30,519 bases of DNA. Source: a virus (Duplodnaviria > Caudoviricetes). The DNA is taken from positions 1 to 30,519 of the IMG/VR virus record IMGVR_UViG_3300046327_000110. One strand, 5' to 3'. How positions within the stretch are numbered: the first letter of the stretch is position 1; every line of letters starts with the position of its first letter. This document shows positions 8,243-17,563 of the stretch, piece after piece. The notes under the pieces were generated by a model. It did not search any database, had not been told where the DNA came from, and saw nothing but the letters and a program-made list of their open reading frames with translations. Made by a program: the position numbers and the translations under genes.

Positions 8243-8889
8243 ATATTTTGAACGAATATTTTGATAAAATTTATTGTATAAATTTGGATAGACGACCAGA
8301 TAGGTGGTCAGAATGTGAAGAAATTTTTAATAAAATGGATTTAAAAGTGGAAAGATTTTCCGCTTGTGATGGTCAAACTATAGATACTGGATATGGTAAA
8401 GTCTACAACGGTGAACTAGGTGGAACTATAACTCACACTAGATTATTAAGACAAATAAAATATGATGGAATGGATAAAGTTTTAATACTGGAAGATGATA
8501 TTGAATTCTGTGAAGATTTTTTCACAAAGTTTGAACTAATATTAAAGCAACTTCCTTATAATTGGGACTTATTTTTCTTTGGTGGTAATCATACGGGTGG
8601 ATATCAAATGGTATCCGAAAATATTGGAAAGGTGTATAGAACATTAGCCCTACATTCCTATGCCGTCAGACAAAAATCTGTCGATGTGCTATACGAAAAT
8701 ATGATAAACTTTGTGGGACACACGCTATGTTGTAATAAACAATTACCACCGTCTGTAGCCGCTGATTTTTACATGGCGAAAGTTCAACCAATGCTAAACA
8801 GTTACAGTATTTTTCCAAATTTAACATGGCAACGTGAATCTTTTTCGGATTTACAACAAGATGTAATGAACTACGATTTTTTAAAATGA
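8239..8889 (+). CDS. Glycosyltransferase family 25
   Basis: IYCINLDRRPDRW, ERFSACDG, GELG...TH, LILEDDI, WDLFFFG. Confidence 0.9.
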   Translation: MNILNEYFDKIYCINLDRRPDRWSECEEIFNKMDLKVERFSACDGQTIDTGYGKVYNGELGGTITHTRLLRQIKYDGMDKVLILEDDIEFCEDFFTKFELILKQLPYNWDLFFFGGNHTGGYQMVSENIGKVYRTLALHSYAVRQKSVDVLYENMINFVGHTLCCNKQLPPSVAADFYMAKVQPMLNSYSIFPNLTWQRESFSDLQQDVMNYDFLK

Positions 8890-9707
8890 CACCTAAAAAA
8901 ATATATTGTGTGGATTCTATATTTTCACATGCTAATCATATATCCGTTCCTGAAAATAATGTCAGGAAATCAAAGGATATGGTTTGGGATTTCCATGTTC
9001 CTTCGAAAACCGATGAGATTGTTGTTTATACGGAATCATCATTCGGTAAAATAAATGATGATATCCCAAATAGAATAGCTTGGCTGATAGAATCTCCAGA
9101 AATTACAAAAACAGAACACGAATGGATCATGTATAATCATGATAAGTTTATATATGTGTTAACACATAATAAAAAGTTATTAGATATTGGAAAGAATTTT
9201 GTTTTTGCCCCATTGGGAGGATGCTGGTTATGGGATGATGAAATTCAAATTTATAATAAAACTAAAAATATCAGTATTATTTCTTCTTGGAAAAGTCAAA
9301 CTGATGGGCATAAACTCAGACATGCGGTAATATCTAAATTTGGGTCATATATGAATATATACGGTAATGGATACAATCCGATAAAAAGGAAAATAGAAGG
9401 ATTGAAAGACTATAGATTTTCGGTTTGTATAGAAAACACAAAACAAGATTATTATTTTTCTGAAAAACTAATGGACTGTTTTCTATCTGGAACAATTCCT
9501 ATTTATTGGGGATGTCCATCAATAGGAAAGTTCTTCGAAATGGATGGTATATTAAGTTTTGATAACCTAGATCAACTCAATGATTTAATATCTAAATGTA
9601 ATTCTGAATTATATAATGATCTTTTACCTTACGTGAAAGAAAATTTTAAAAAGGCTCATGATTATATCTTAACTGAAGATTGGGTAGTTAGGAATAATAT
9701 ATTATGA
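8886..9707 (+). CDS. GT10-like (alpha-1,3/4-fucosyltransferase-like) protein
   Basis: YRFSVCIENTKQDYYFSEKLMDCFLSGTIPIYWG matches the GT10 motif. Confidence 0.85.
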   Translation: MTPKKIYCVDSIFSHANHISVPENNVRKSKDMVWDFHVPSKTDEIVVYTESSFGKINDDIPNRIAWLIESPEITKTEHEWIMYNHDKFIYVLTHNKKLLDIGKNFVFAPLGGCWLWDDEIQIYNKTKNISIISSWKSQTDGHKLRHAVISKFGSYMNIYGNGYNPIKRKIEGLKDYRFSVCIENTKQDYYFSEKLMDCFLSGTIPIYWGCPSIGKFFEMDGILSFDNLDQLNDLISKCNSELYNDLLPYVKENFKKAHDYILTEDWVVRNNIL

Positions 9708-10549
9708 AAATCGATAAAATTATATTTACTTCATCTGAGGAATATAGTGGATATTGGAATTTAAATTCTAAGGTGTGTAAAGAATTTTTAGGAATTGAAC
9801 CTGTATGTTTTCTTTTCGGAAAAAAGAAAAACACAGACATGAATGAAAAATATGGGGAAGTAATAGAGAAAGAATTTGTTCCCACTCTTCCAAAATTATT
9901 ACAAATAACATGGTATAAATTTTTCCACACAATGTCTGAACCAGAAACGACTTGGATGATTGGTGATATAGATCAGATACCCCTACAGCGAAAATTATTT
10001 ATAGATGATATTCAAAATATACCAGATAATCATTATGTCCATTTGAACTATGCATATATTCCCCAGATGAGTAATGGAAAGCCCGATGATGCATGGATGA
10101 TTATGGGAGGAAATATAAGAAATGGAGCAGATTTAGCTGGACACCATCATGTAGCTAAAGGTAAAGTATTTGAAAAATGCCTACAATTTAGATCTTCTGT
10201 GGAAGAAGATATTGAATATATTGTAAAGGAAAATAAATACGGTTTGGGTATTACTGAACCGGGATGGAATAAAGATGATCCAGAAAAACTTTATTGGTGT
10301 GCTGAAGAAAATTACTCATCCGAGATATTATTCAATACTATTATTGAGGAAAGATTAAACCCTTTTACTGGATTATATTATAATCTATCTAAAGATACCA
10401 TTGATAGATGGAGAATGGTAAATAATAATTATCTATATAATTTAGAAAAATTAAAAACCCACAGTTATGTTAATATTCACTGTGCTAGAGATTATAAAGC
10501 CCAAGAGGAAAGCTTAATAAATATATTAAAAATAGCCAATATTATATGA
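9704..10549 (+). CDS. hypothetical protein, possible GT-A fold glycosyltransferase
   Basis: WMIGDIDQIPL (DxD), late H-x-x-R motif, position inside the GT operon. Confidence 0.55.
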   Translation: MKIDKIIFTSSEEYSGYWNLNSKVCKEFLGIEPVCFLFGKKKNTDMNEKYGEVIEKEFVPTLPKLLQITWYKFFHTMSEPETTWMIGDIDQIPLQRKLFIDDIQNIPDNHYVHLNYAYIPQMSNGKPDDAWMIMGGNIRNGADLAGHHHVAKGKVFEKCLQFRSSVEEDIEYIVKENKYGLGITEPGWNKDDPEKLYWCAEENYSSEILFNTIIEERLNPFTGLYYNLSKDTIDRWRMVNNNYLYNLEKLKTHSYVNIHCARDYKAQEESLINILKIANII

Positions 10550-11382
10550 AGAAAATTATAACATTATCGGGTCATAGTCAAAGATTTTTAGATGAGGGAT
10601 TTACTATAAAACCTTTAATTAAAATAGGTAAAAAATATATAATTGAATATGTGGTTAATTCTATTCATGAAAAAGAGGAAGACGATTTCTCTAATTATAT
10701 TTTTATTGTTAAAAAAGACGATATTGATAATTATGATATCGATAAAACATTGGTTAAATTATTTAAAAATTGTGTGATTAAAAGTATACCTTCACATAAA
10801 GAAGGTCCAGTGTTTTCTATATTATCTATAATAGATGATGTATGTGAAGATTCTGATGAAATATTAGTTTCATACTGTGATTTACATATTAATTGGAATA
10901 TTTTAGAATTCATAAATTTTGTAAGAACTGGTAATCACGATGGGAGTATAGTCTCACATAGAGGATTTCATCCCCATAGAATACATAATAAGTATTTTGC
11001 ATATATGAAAGTTGATGGTGATTATATGATACAAATACAAGAAAAGAAACCATTTACCGATGATCCAGAGTCAGAATATGCATCTGGGGGAATATATTAT
11101 TTCAAAACCTGTAAAATACTTAAACATTATTTTATGGATTTGATAAACAGTAATAAAAGAGTAAATAATGAATTCTATGTTACTATGACGTATAATAAAA
11201 TGATAGAAGATGGTCTAAAAGTATCTCATTACGATTCAAAAAATTATGTTTGTTTAGGAACTCCTATGGATGTAATTATATTCTCATCATCTTTAAATTT
11301 ATTAAAATACTTTACATCTTACTCGGATATTGAAAAAATATTAAAATACTTTAATTCAAATTACCATTCTTATAATTTATGA
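10546..11382 (+). CDS. Sugar nucleotidyltransferase-like protein (NTP_transferase)
   Basis: ITLSGHSQRF...KPLI, ILVSYCD, IQEKKP, ASGGIYYF, RVNNEFYV, LGTPMD. Confidence 0.85.
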   Translation: MKKIITLSGHSQRFLDEGFTIKPLIKIGKKYIIEYVVNSIHEKEEDDFSNYIFIVKKDDIDNYDIDKTLVKLFKNCVIKSIPSHKEGPVFSILSIIDDVCEDSDEILVSYCDLHINWNILEFINFVRTGNHDGSIVSHRGFHPHRIHNKYFAYMKVDGDYMIQIQEKKPFTDDPESEYASGGIYYFKTCKILKHYFMDLINSNKRVNNEFYVTMTYNKMIEDGLKVSHYDSKNYVCLGTPMDVIIFSSSLNLLKYFTSYSDIEKILKYFNSNYHSYNL

Positions 11383-12008
11383 TTCCTAAAAAAATACATA
11401 TGATATGGTTGGGATCGTCCTTACCTGAAAAATTTAATAAATTGATTGATAGTGTTAAAACTGTTAACTATGATTATGAATTTATTCTTTGGTCTGATGA
11501 CAACATAGACTTTAGACTTGAAAATAAGGAACTATTCGACAATACTAATAATCTTGGAAGTAAATCTGATATATTGAGAATGGAAATCCTTAATATATAT
11601 GGTGGAATATATATGGATTGTGATTTTTATCAGTGTAAAAAATTTGATGATCTTTTGAATTATGATTTTGTAATCGGATCAGGTTTGAAAAATGAATTAT
11701 GGAATGGGTTGATGATGGCAAAACCAAATAGTGAGATAGTTAGAGCATATCTTAAATCTATCGAAACAAATATTCCAAACACTGAAGATATAATGAAAGC
11801 GACAGGTCCATATAGAATGAAAAAGGTTTTCGATCAAAACACATTCACTGAAAACTTTAAAATATTAATAGGTGATTATTTCTATCCATTTGACGCTAAT
11901 CAAAGATTCAGAATTCGAAACATTACAGAAGAAGATATCGATTTTTTTTCAACTTATAAAACAGATAATACGTATTGTATTCATTTACATACTTGTTCAT
12001 GGCAATAA
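11379..12008 (+). CDS. Glycosyltransferase family 32 (Och1-like DxD)
   Basis: MIPKKIHMIWLG, KSDILR, YGGIYMDCD, ATGP, IHLHTCSW. Confidence 0.9.
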   Translation: MIPKKIHMIWLGSSLPEKFNKLIDSVKTVNYDYEFILWSDDNIDFRLENKELFDNTNNLGSKSDILRMEILNIYGGIYMDCDFYQCKKFDDLLNYDFVIGSGLKNELWNGLMMAKPNSEIVRAYLKSIETNIPNTEDIMKATGPYRMKKVFDQNTFTENFKILIGDYFYPFDANQRFRIRNITEEDIDFFSTYKTDNTYCIHLHTCSWQ

Positions 12009-12012
12009 AAAT

Positions 12013-12789
12013 ATGGAAATACGAGGAGAATATTTTAAAGAATTAGACAATGGTAAAACTATTTTTTATAGAGATACTCATGAAGTATCTGAATTTTTTA
12101 AAACCCCACCAAAAAATGAGTTTGTATTAATTTCCCATAATAGTGACGGCAATGTTACTAGAAATTCTCCCAGAATTAATTCTGGGAGTAGTACAGATTG
12201 TGACATCACTTCTATAAATATACCTGATAATTTAATTAAATGGTATTCACAGAATGTAGATGTTGACCATCCTAAAATAGAATCTATTCCTATTGGAATA
12301 GAAAACAAATGTTGGTTTCCAGAAGTTCAAAAATATGAAAAAATGATGGATATTAAAAATACAAAAAAAGTATATAAAAATTTACTATATATAAATTTTA
12401 ATATCAATACGAATCTAAAAGAAAGAGAACCTTTATATAGAATGTTTAGCGGTTTACCATGGGTCACTATTGAAATGGGTGGAAATGGTAGTAGATTTGA
12501 TAACTATTTAAATAATATTTATAATCATAAATATGTATTATCTCCAAGGGGAAATGGTATAGATACTCATAGAACATGGGAGACACTATATGTAAATTCC
12601 ATTCCAATCGAAAAAAGAAATCTGAATAATAGATTTTATTCAGATTTACCAATACTTTTTGTCGATGATTGGAGTCAGGTTACAAGGGATTTATTAGAAA
12701 CAGAATTTGAAAAATTAAAAGATAATAATTCAAAAGATATGTTGACATTCGAATATTGGAATGATAAAATATTAAAAAATTTATGTTGA
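12013..12789 (+). CDS. Exostosin/GT47-like glycosyltransferase
   Basis: LISHNSD, SIPIGIEN, KYVLSPRGNGIDTHRTWETLY, LPILFVDDW. Start moved from 11872 to ATG 12013 to avoid a long overlap. Confidence 0.75.
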   Translation: MEIRGEYFKELDNGKTIFYRDTHEVSEFFKTPPKNEFVLISHNSDGNVTRNSPRINSGSSTDCDITSINIPDNLIKWYSQNVDVDHPKIESIPIGIENKCWFPEVQKYEKMMDIKNTKKVYKNLLYINFNINTNLKEREPLYRMFSGLPWVTIEMGGNGSRFDNYLNNIYNHKYVLSPRGNGIDTHRTWETLYVNSIPIEKRNLNNRFYSDLPILFVDDWSQVTRDLLETEFEKLKDNNSKDMLTFEYWNDKILKNLC

Positions 12790-13301
12790 ATCCGTTTTAT
12801 ACACATCGAGAGTTTTTAATAAAAGAATTAGAATCTTTAAAAGATAATCCATCAGTTTCTATATTAGAATTTGGGATAGGTGACGGAAGTTCGGAAATAT
12901 TAAATGAATACGCTAAAAAATATACACATTTTAAGATAAATGGTTATGAAGGTGATATTGATTGGATGAATAGAATGGAAGAAAAGTTCAAACTTGATAA
13001 TTACTCTTTTCATAGAGTGAATTGGGAAACTTTTGATTTTACAATTTTTTCCGATGTTTACGATTTAGTTTTTATTGATCAAGCACCTTGGGAGGCTAGA
13101 ATTAAAACATTGGACTATTTTTATAATCAAAATAATACCAAGAATATCATTCTCCATGATTATGATTTCTTTAATAAAGGTATAGTTAATGATATCTTTA
13201 GTGTCGATTCTGATAGTTTTTTTGGGAAGTATATAAATAAATTTAATATCGAAGGATTTCACGATATACTTCCACCAACTCTTATTTTAAAGAAAATATG
13301 A
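12783..13301 (+). CDS. Class I SAM-dependent methyltransferase
   Basis: ILEFGIGDGSS motif I, YDLVFID, IILHDY. Confidence 0.8.
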   Translation: MLNPFYTHREFLIKELESLKDNPSVSILEFGIGDGSSEILNEYAKKYTHFKINGYEGDIDWMNRMEEKFKLDNYSFHRVNWETFDFTIFSDVYDLVFIDQAPWEARIKTLDYFYNQNNTKNIILHDYDFFNKGIVNDIFSVDSDSFFGKYINKFNIEGFHDILPPTLILKKI

Positions 13302-14041
13302 ATACTTGTTATGTTAAAGTTTGTGGTGGATTAGGAAATCAATTATTTCAAGTTGCTGCTGGATATGCTTATTCTAAGCAATACGGTAAAGATTTAGTAA
13401 TTGATGATTCAAGTTGGACAGCATCTCAAGGAAATTCTCCAAGAGAATACAGATATACAGTATTTCGAAATTTTGATTATGTAACTACTCCAACTGAAAA
13501 TGTTATATCTATGGTTGAAGCAGATTGTAGGTATAATGAATTGCCAAATCCTGCTGGTAATGTATCTTTAAATGGCTATTTTCAATCCTTAAAATATTTT
13601 GAAAATTATAAATATCAATTCATAGATCAATTAATTTTACCCGAAGTAAATTGTTCCATCATTAAGGATGGAAGTGTAGCTTTTCATATACGCCGTGGGG
13701 ATTATCTACGATACCCAGATATTCATTTGGTTTGTGATACAAAATATTTTAATGATATGTTCGAACGATTCAAGGATCATAACATCAACGTATTCACGGA
13801 CTCTCCCCAACATGTATTAAATGAATTTGAAAAATATAACTTTAATTTAATCCAAACATCTTCCGAATTAAATGACTTGACACTAATGAGTCTTCATGAT
13901 AACATCGTTTGTAGCAACTCGTCGTTTTCATGGTGGGCATCCATTCTAGGAATTCCTAAAAACACAGTTATAGTTCCAAATAGATGGTTCAACGATAGAG
14001 TTTGTGAAGATATATATTACGATTTCATGGAACGAGTATGA
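13298..14041 (+). CDS. Glycosyltransferase family 11 (alpha-1,2-fucosyltransferase-like)
   Basis: GGLGNQLFQ, GYFQS, HIRRGDY, VFTDS, NSSFSWWA. Confidence 0.92.
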   Translation: MNTCYVKVCGGLGNQLFQVAAGYAYSKQYGKDLVIDDSSWTASQGNSPREYRYTVFRNFDYVTTPTENVISMVEADCRYNELPNPAGNVSLNGYFQSLKYFENYKYQFIDQLILPEVNCSIIKDGSVAFHIRRGDYLRYPDIHLVCDTKYFNDMFERFKDHNINVFTDSPQHVLNEFEKYNFNLIQTSSELNDLTLMSLHDNIVCSNSSFSWWASILGIPKNTVIVPNRWFNDRVCEDIYYDFMERV

Positions 14042-14391
14042 GTTTTAAAGCTACTAATTACCTTCTGTTTGAAGAGAGAAATTCTGAATTAGATTCTGAA
14101 TTATTACAAGAATTTTCTCCTTATATGACGAATAAAACATTATCTTTTTATGGTGATGGTATTCTTATTGATCATGTTAATGACATACTGAATGTTTATG
14201 GAAATCTATTCAGTAACAAGGAGGACCAGTTTAAATTTTTTGAAAATATAATTCCAAAACTTCCAAAGAAGAAGATCAATTACATTAAGAAGCAGAAGGT
14301 GGAAAAGAAAGAAGAAACTCCCATACCAGAGTTTTATTCTAAAAGAGAACTTGAAATGTTTGAAGAGATGTATAAATACTCGTATGAGTGA
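14038..14391 (+). CDS. gp62: Clamp loader small subunit (T4 gp62-like)
   Basis: FSPYMTNKTLS...QFKFFENIIPKLPKKKINYIK...YSKRE follows the gp62 pattern; size fits. Confidence 0.65.
   Translation: MSFKATNYLLFEERNSELDSELLQEFSPYMTNKTLSFYGDGILIDHVNDILNVYGNLFSNKEDQFKFFENIIPKLPKKKINYIKKQKVEKKEETPIPEFYSKRELEMFEEMYKYSYE
14371..14378 (+). promoter_or_regulatory. T4 late promoter TATAAATA
   Basis: Full consensus, 5 nt upstream of ATG 14384. Confidence 0.75.
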
Positions 14392-14797
14392 ACAACCAAC
14401 ATCCATCGACCTTCTCAAACCATTACATTCGCATATCGACCTTTCAGATAGAAGTCTACCAACTGATTTTGGGTTGGAGGAATACGTATTATCTAAATTA
14501 ATGGATGATGTAATGCTTATCGAATTCTGTGACTTGGAAAGTGGAGAAGACGGTGTGGAATATGTTCTTCGTGGTGGAATAGCCATACCAACCAATCAAG
14601 TTCATAACATGTGGAGAAAGGGCAAGGTCATTCTCAAGGGTCCGAATGTTCGATATACTGAAGTTGGGGAGATTGTCTTATTTCCTGCCAACATGGGAAT
14701 ACAAGTTTCCAATGTTGAAGTTGAAGGATTCGGAAAGATACATAAGGGGTTGTTCTTAAATGAACAACGAATGTTCGGTATTTGTAAAACTAAATGA
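14384..14797 (+). CDS. GroES-like co-chaperonin (T4 gp31 analogue)
   Basis: DDVMLIE...GGIAIP...KGKVILKGPNVRYTEVGEIVLFP...FLNEQRMFG is the GroES fold pattern. Start moved from 14351 to 14384. Confidence 0.8.
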   Translation: MSEQPTSIDLLKPLHSHIDLSDRSLPTDFGLEEYVLSKLMDDVMLIEFCDLESGEDGVEYVLRGGIAIPTNQVHNMWRKGKVILKGPNVRYTEVGEIVLFPANMGIQVSNVEVEGFGKIHKGLFLNEQRMFGICKTK

Positions 14798-14837
14798 TTT
14801 AAAATTATCCAGAGGAATATGTTTGGATGTATACTAA

Positions 14838-15695
14838 ATGAAAATTCTATATATAACGGATGGAAAAGGTCTTGATTATCAAAATGATTGTTTGTTAATT
14901 GGATTAAAACAATTATTAGGGGGGGATGTTATAGATTCCAATAAACGATTACATTTGTATAAATCATATGATAAAAATATATTGTGTAAATTGCGTGGTA
15001 GGGGAATGACCTCTACTAGAATTTTAGACGATTTAGAAATTGATAGAACAGATATATTGAATAAAATTAAAACCAAATTTTTTGATTTTATTATATATGG
15101 TTCCATATGGAGAAATAGAGAATACTTAAAAGATGTTTTAGAAAAATATCCAACGAATAAAATAATAATAATAGATGGAGAAGATCATAGGGGAATATAT
15201 CCTGTATATAACCAAGGAGTATATTATTTCAAACGAGAGCTTGTTCATGATCGTGGGAGTTTATATCCCATATCATTTGCAATACCCCATTGTAAATTAT
15301 CAGAACCAGTAGAAAAAAAAAGAAATATTGCGTTCTGTAATCCAAATGACAGATCAACATATATTTATAAAACAGAAGAAGATTACTATATGGGATATAG
15401 AGAATCCAGATTTGCGTATACGAAAAAAAAGGCGGGGTGGGATTGTCGTAGACATTATGAAATAATTATAAATCGATGTATTCCCATTTTCGAAGATATA
15501 GAAAACTGTCCGGTATTAACCATGACAAATTTTCCCAAAACATTATGTTTGGAAATTAATCAAAGTATAAAAAATAATATGGATTTAGAAGAGTTATATA
15601 ATAATTTCCATGTTGAGTTTTATAATAAAATTCAAGAGTTAACAACCGAAGAATTAGCAAAATACGTGTTAAATATAACCAAATTTAAAAATTAA
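14838..15695 (+). CDS. Putative GT-B glycosyltransferase
   Basis: IDGED, YFKREL, PISFAIP, KKAGWDCRRHYEII..CIP resemble the GT-B C-terminal lobe of viral GT-like proteins. Confidence 0.6.
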   Translation: MKILYITDGKGLDYQNDCLLIGLKQLLGGDVIDSNKRLHLYKSYDKNILCKLRGRGMTSTRILDDLEIDRTDILNKIKTKFFDFIIYGSIWRNREYLKDVLEKYPTNKIIIIDGEDHRGIYPVYNQGVYYFKRELVHDRGSLYPISFAIPHCKLSEPVEKKRNIAFCNPNDRSTYIYKTEEDYYMGYRESRFAYTKKKAGWDCRRHYEIIINRCIPIFEDIENCPVLTMTNFPKTLCLEINQSIKNNMDLEELYNNFHVEFYNKIQELTTEELAKYVLNITKFKN

Positions 15696-16270
15696 TTTTT
15701 CTTTAACTTATCTATTATTTTATAATCTTCCTCATACATAGAATGAATAAATTCCAATTCGGTATCCGAAAAGTTATAAGGTGTTGGTCTATATGAAGAA
15801 TTTATCTTTGGTAGAGTTATATGTGGATGATCAATATCATTTAAAAATTTATTGAAATCTTGATTCAAGGTTTCATAAAATAATACATATTTTGGATTAT
15901 TATACCATAAATTTTGACCACACCAAACCCAACTTATATTTGTTTTATTTTTTCCAATTTTGTGATGGTCACTAGATATAGGATAATAACTATTTGTTTT
16001 TATAATTTCCTGTATTAATTCTTGGGGGGTGGTTATATCTGTTCGCAATGATAATTTACAATCAGGATAAACTTGTTTAGAATAATAAAATGCCGAGATG
16101 AATCTATCTAAAGGATTTCTTAAAATAACCATAGACTCGTTGGGATTATAATCAAATGGATTTTCAGAATGATACATATAATCCACATTTTTTAAAATGT
16201 CTGATTTTATTAATCTCTTAATGGAACTACCAGCATTTTTTGGTATATGAAAAAATTTAATGTTCAGCAT
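15692..16270 (-). CDS. Sulfotransferase family 2 protein
   Basis: FFHIPKNAGSSI (5'-PSB) and LRNPLDRFISAF (3'-PB); YEEDY near the C-terminus. Confidence 0.85.
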   Translation of the reverse strand: MLNIKFFHIPKNAGSSIKRLIKSDILKNVDYMYHSENPFDYNPNESMVILRNPLDRFISAFYYSKQVYPDCKLSLRTDITTPQELIQEIIKTNSYYPISSDHHKIGKNKTNISWVWCGQNLWYNNPKYVLFYETLNQDFNKFLNDIDHPHITLPKINSSYRPTPYNFSDTELEFIHSMYEEDYKIIDKLKKN

Positions 16271-16775
16271 AAAATTTTTCTAAAAATTCACTTATTCTTC
16301 TATAATATTCATTTGTCAGTTCCATACCTTTTTCCAAAGAAAAGCCATTTCTTTTTTGTAAAGAAATGGCGATATCCTTAGCATTTCTATAACAAACAAC
16401 AAACTGAGGATTGGGAATGTATTTATACCACACATCTATGGTTAGAGAAGTTCTTGGATCTTTAAATCCCCAACTTTCCATATTTTTAGATTTAGCTAAT
16501 TCAATTTCTTTGTAAATTATAGCTTTTATATCTTCTTCAAATTTTTGACCAACCTCTATTATTTTTTCTCTAGGTGGAGGATTGTGCCAACTGCCACCAG
16601 ATTGGTATAATATTTTATGATTTATTTTTAAAATATCCACATTTTCATAATGCCCCTTCGGATTGTCACTTAATCCCACTAATAAGTGTTCTCCCATATG
16701 AACCTCATTATTTAAAGTTCTCGCTACAAGAGAAGTAGATGATCTATGCATTCCCAATACTACGATTGTTTTCAT
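16257..16775 (-). CDS. Sulfotransferase-family P-loop protein
   Basis: IVVLGMHRSSTS, NPKGHYE, WGFKDPR, YRNAKDIAISL. Confidence 0.85.
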   Translation of the reverse strand: MKTIVVLGMHRSSTSLVARTLNNEVHMGEHLLVGLSDNPKGHYENVDILKINHKILYQSGGSWHNPPPREKIIEVGQKFEEDIKAIIYKEIELAKSKNMESWGFKDPRTSLTIDVWYKYIPNPQFVVCYRNAKDIAISLQKRNGFSLEKGMELTNEYYRRISEFLEKFYAEH

Positions 16776-17517
16776 GTATATAATTAATCAAAAGTTTATT
16801 ATAGTCAATTATCCACTTAGGATTTAGTTCAATATCTCCAATAGGAATCTTTCCATTATTTTTTAACTTCTCAATGTGTCTGGAGTGTCTAATTATTACG
16901 TTCTCTCTTTCGGGAGTATCCGCACCTAACCCAGACATATGATAAGACCTACCTCCCCATAAATACATCCAAGAAACTTCATCATCTGGGGGATTAGCAT
17001 TAATAACTTTACATTTATATTCCCTTTTTATTTTAATAACAAAAGACATATCATATCCCGCATTTTCCAATTCATGTTTTCCTGACCTCTCCCATATTTC
17101 TTTAGTATATACAATACCAGAATTACCAACACTATGTAAAGCATCCACCTTACCATGATTAACAGCAGCACCATTTTTCCAATGAAGTAAATCATAACCG
17201 GGAAAGTATTTATTTATATTTTCCAAATGGTTCGGTAATGCAATATCATCATCATCCCAAACTGCTATTGTGTTATAGTTACAACAATCAACGGCAAAAT
17301 TTTCCTTTTCTCCAATTGTTTCAAATGTTTTGTCTAAATTAATAATTCTTACTTTAGGATGGTCGAAATATAATTTTTGTTCTGGATAATCGTTAACTAT
17401 TAACATTTCGGAATCTCCATCGTAATTTTGATTTAGAAAACTATATAATGACTCCTCTAATAAGTCAACTCTTCCGTAAGTTATACACTTACAAGATATA
17501 GGTAATAAATTATCCAT
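16744..17517 (-). CDS. Glycosyltransferase family 2
   Basis: ISCKCITYGR, SFLNQNY, LIVND, IGEKEN, AVWDDDD. Confidence 0.85.
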   Translation of the reverse strand: MDNLLPISCKCITYGRVDLLEESLYSFLNQNYDGDSEMLIVNDYPEQKLYFDHPKVRIINLDKTFETIGEKENFAVDCCNYNTIAVWDDDDIALPNHLENINKYFPGYDLLHWKNGAAVNHGKVDALHSVGNSGIVYTKEIWERSGKHELENAGYDMSFVIKIKREYKCKVINANPPDDEVSWMYLWGGRSYHMSGLGADTPERENVIIRHSRHIEKLKNNGKIPIGDIELNPKWIIDYNKLLINYIHENNRSIGNA

Positions 17518-17523
17518 TATTGA

Positions 17524-17557
17524 TATTTAAATTATACTGGTATAAAATCAATAAATA
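17524..17557. promoter_or_regulatory. Back-to-back late promoter cores TAAATA
   Basis: Minus 17524-17529 is 6 nt before ATG 17517; plus 17552-17557 is 6 nt before ATG 17564. Confidence 0.65.
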
Positions 17558-17563
17558 ATTAAT

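Noticed and set aside
11301-11353. Direct repeat ATTAAAATACTTTA
   Set aside because: Two short AT-rich copies inside a CDS (LKYF twice); no evidence of function.
11872-12012. Upstream extension of the GT47-like ORF
   Set aside because: Overlaps the GT32 gene by more than 130 nt; ATG 12013 just after the GT32 stop fits the operon pattern.
14351-14383. Upstream start for the GroES-like gene
   Set aside because: Lies upstream of the TATAAATA promoter; ATG 14384 is preferred.
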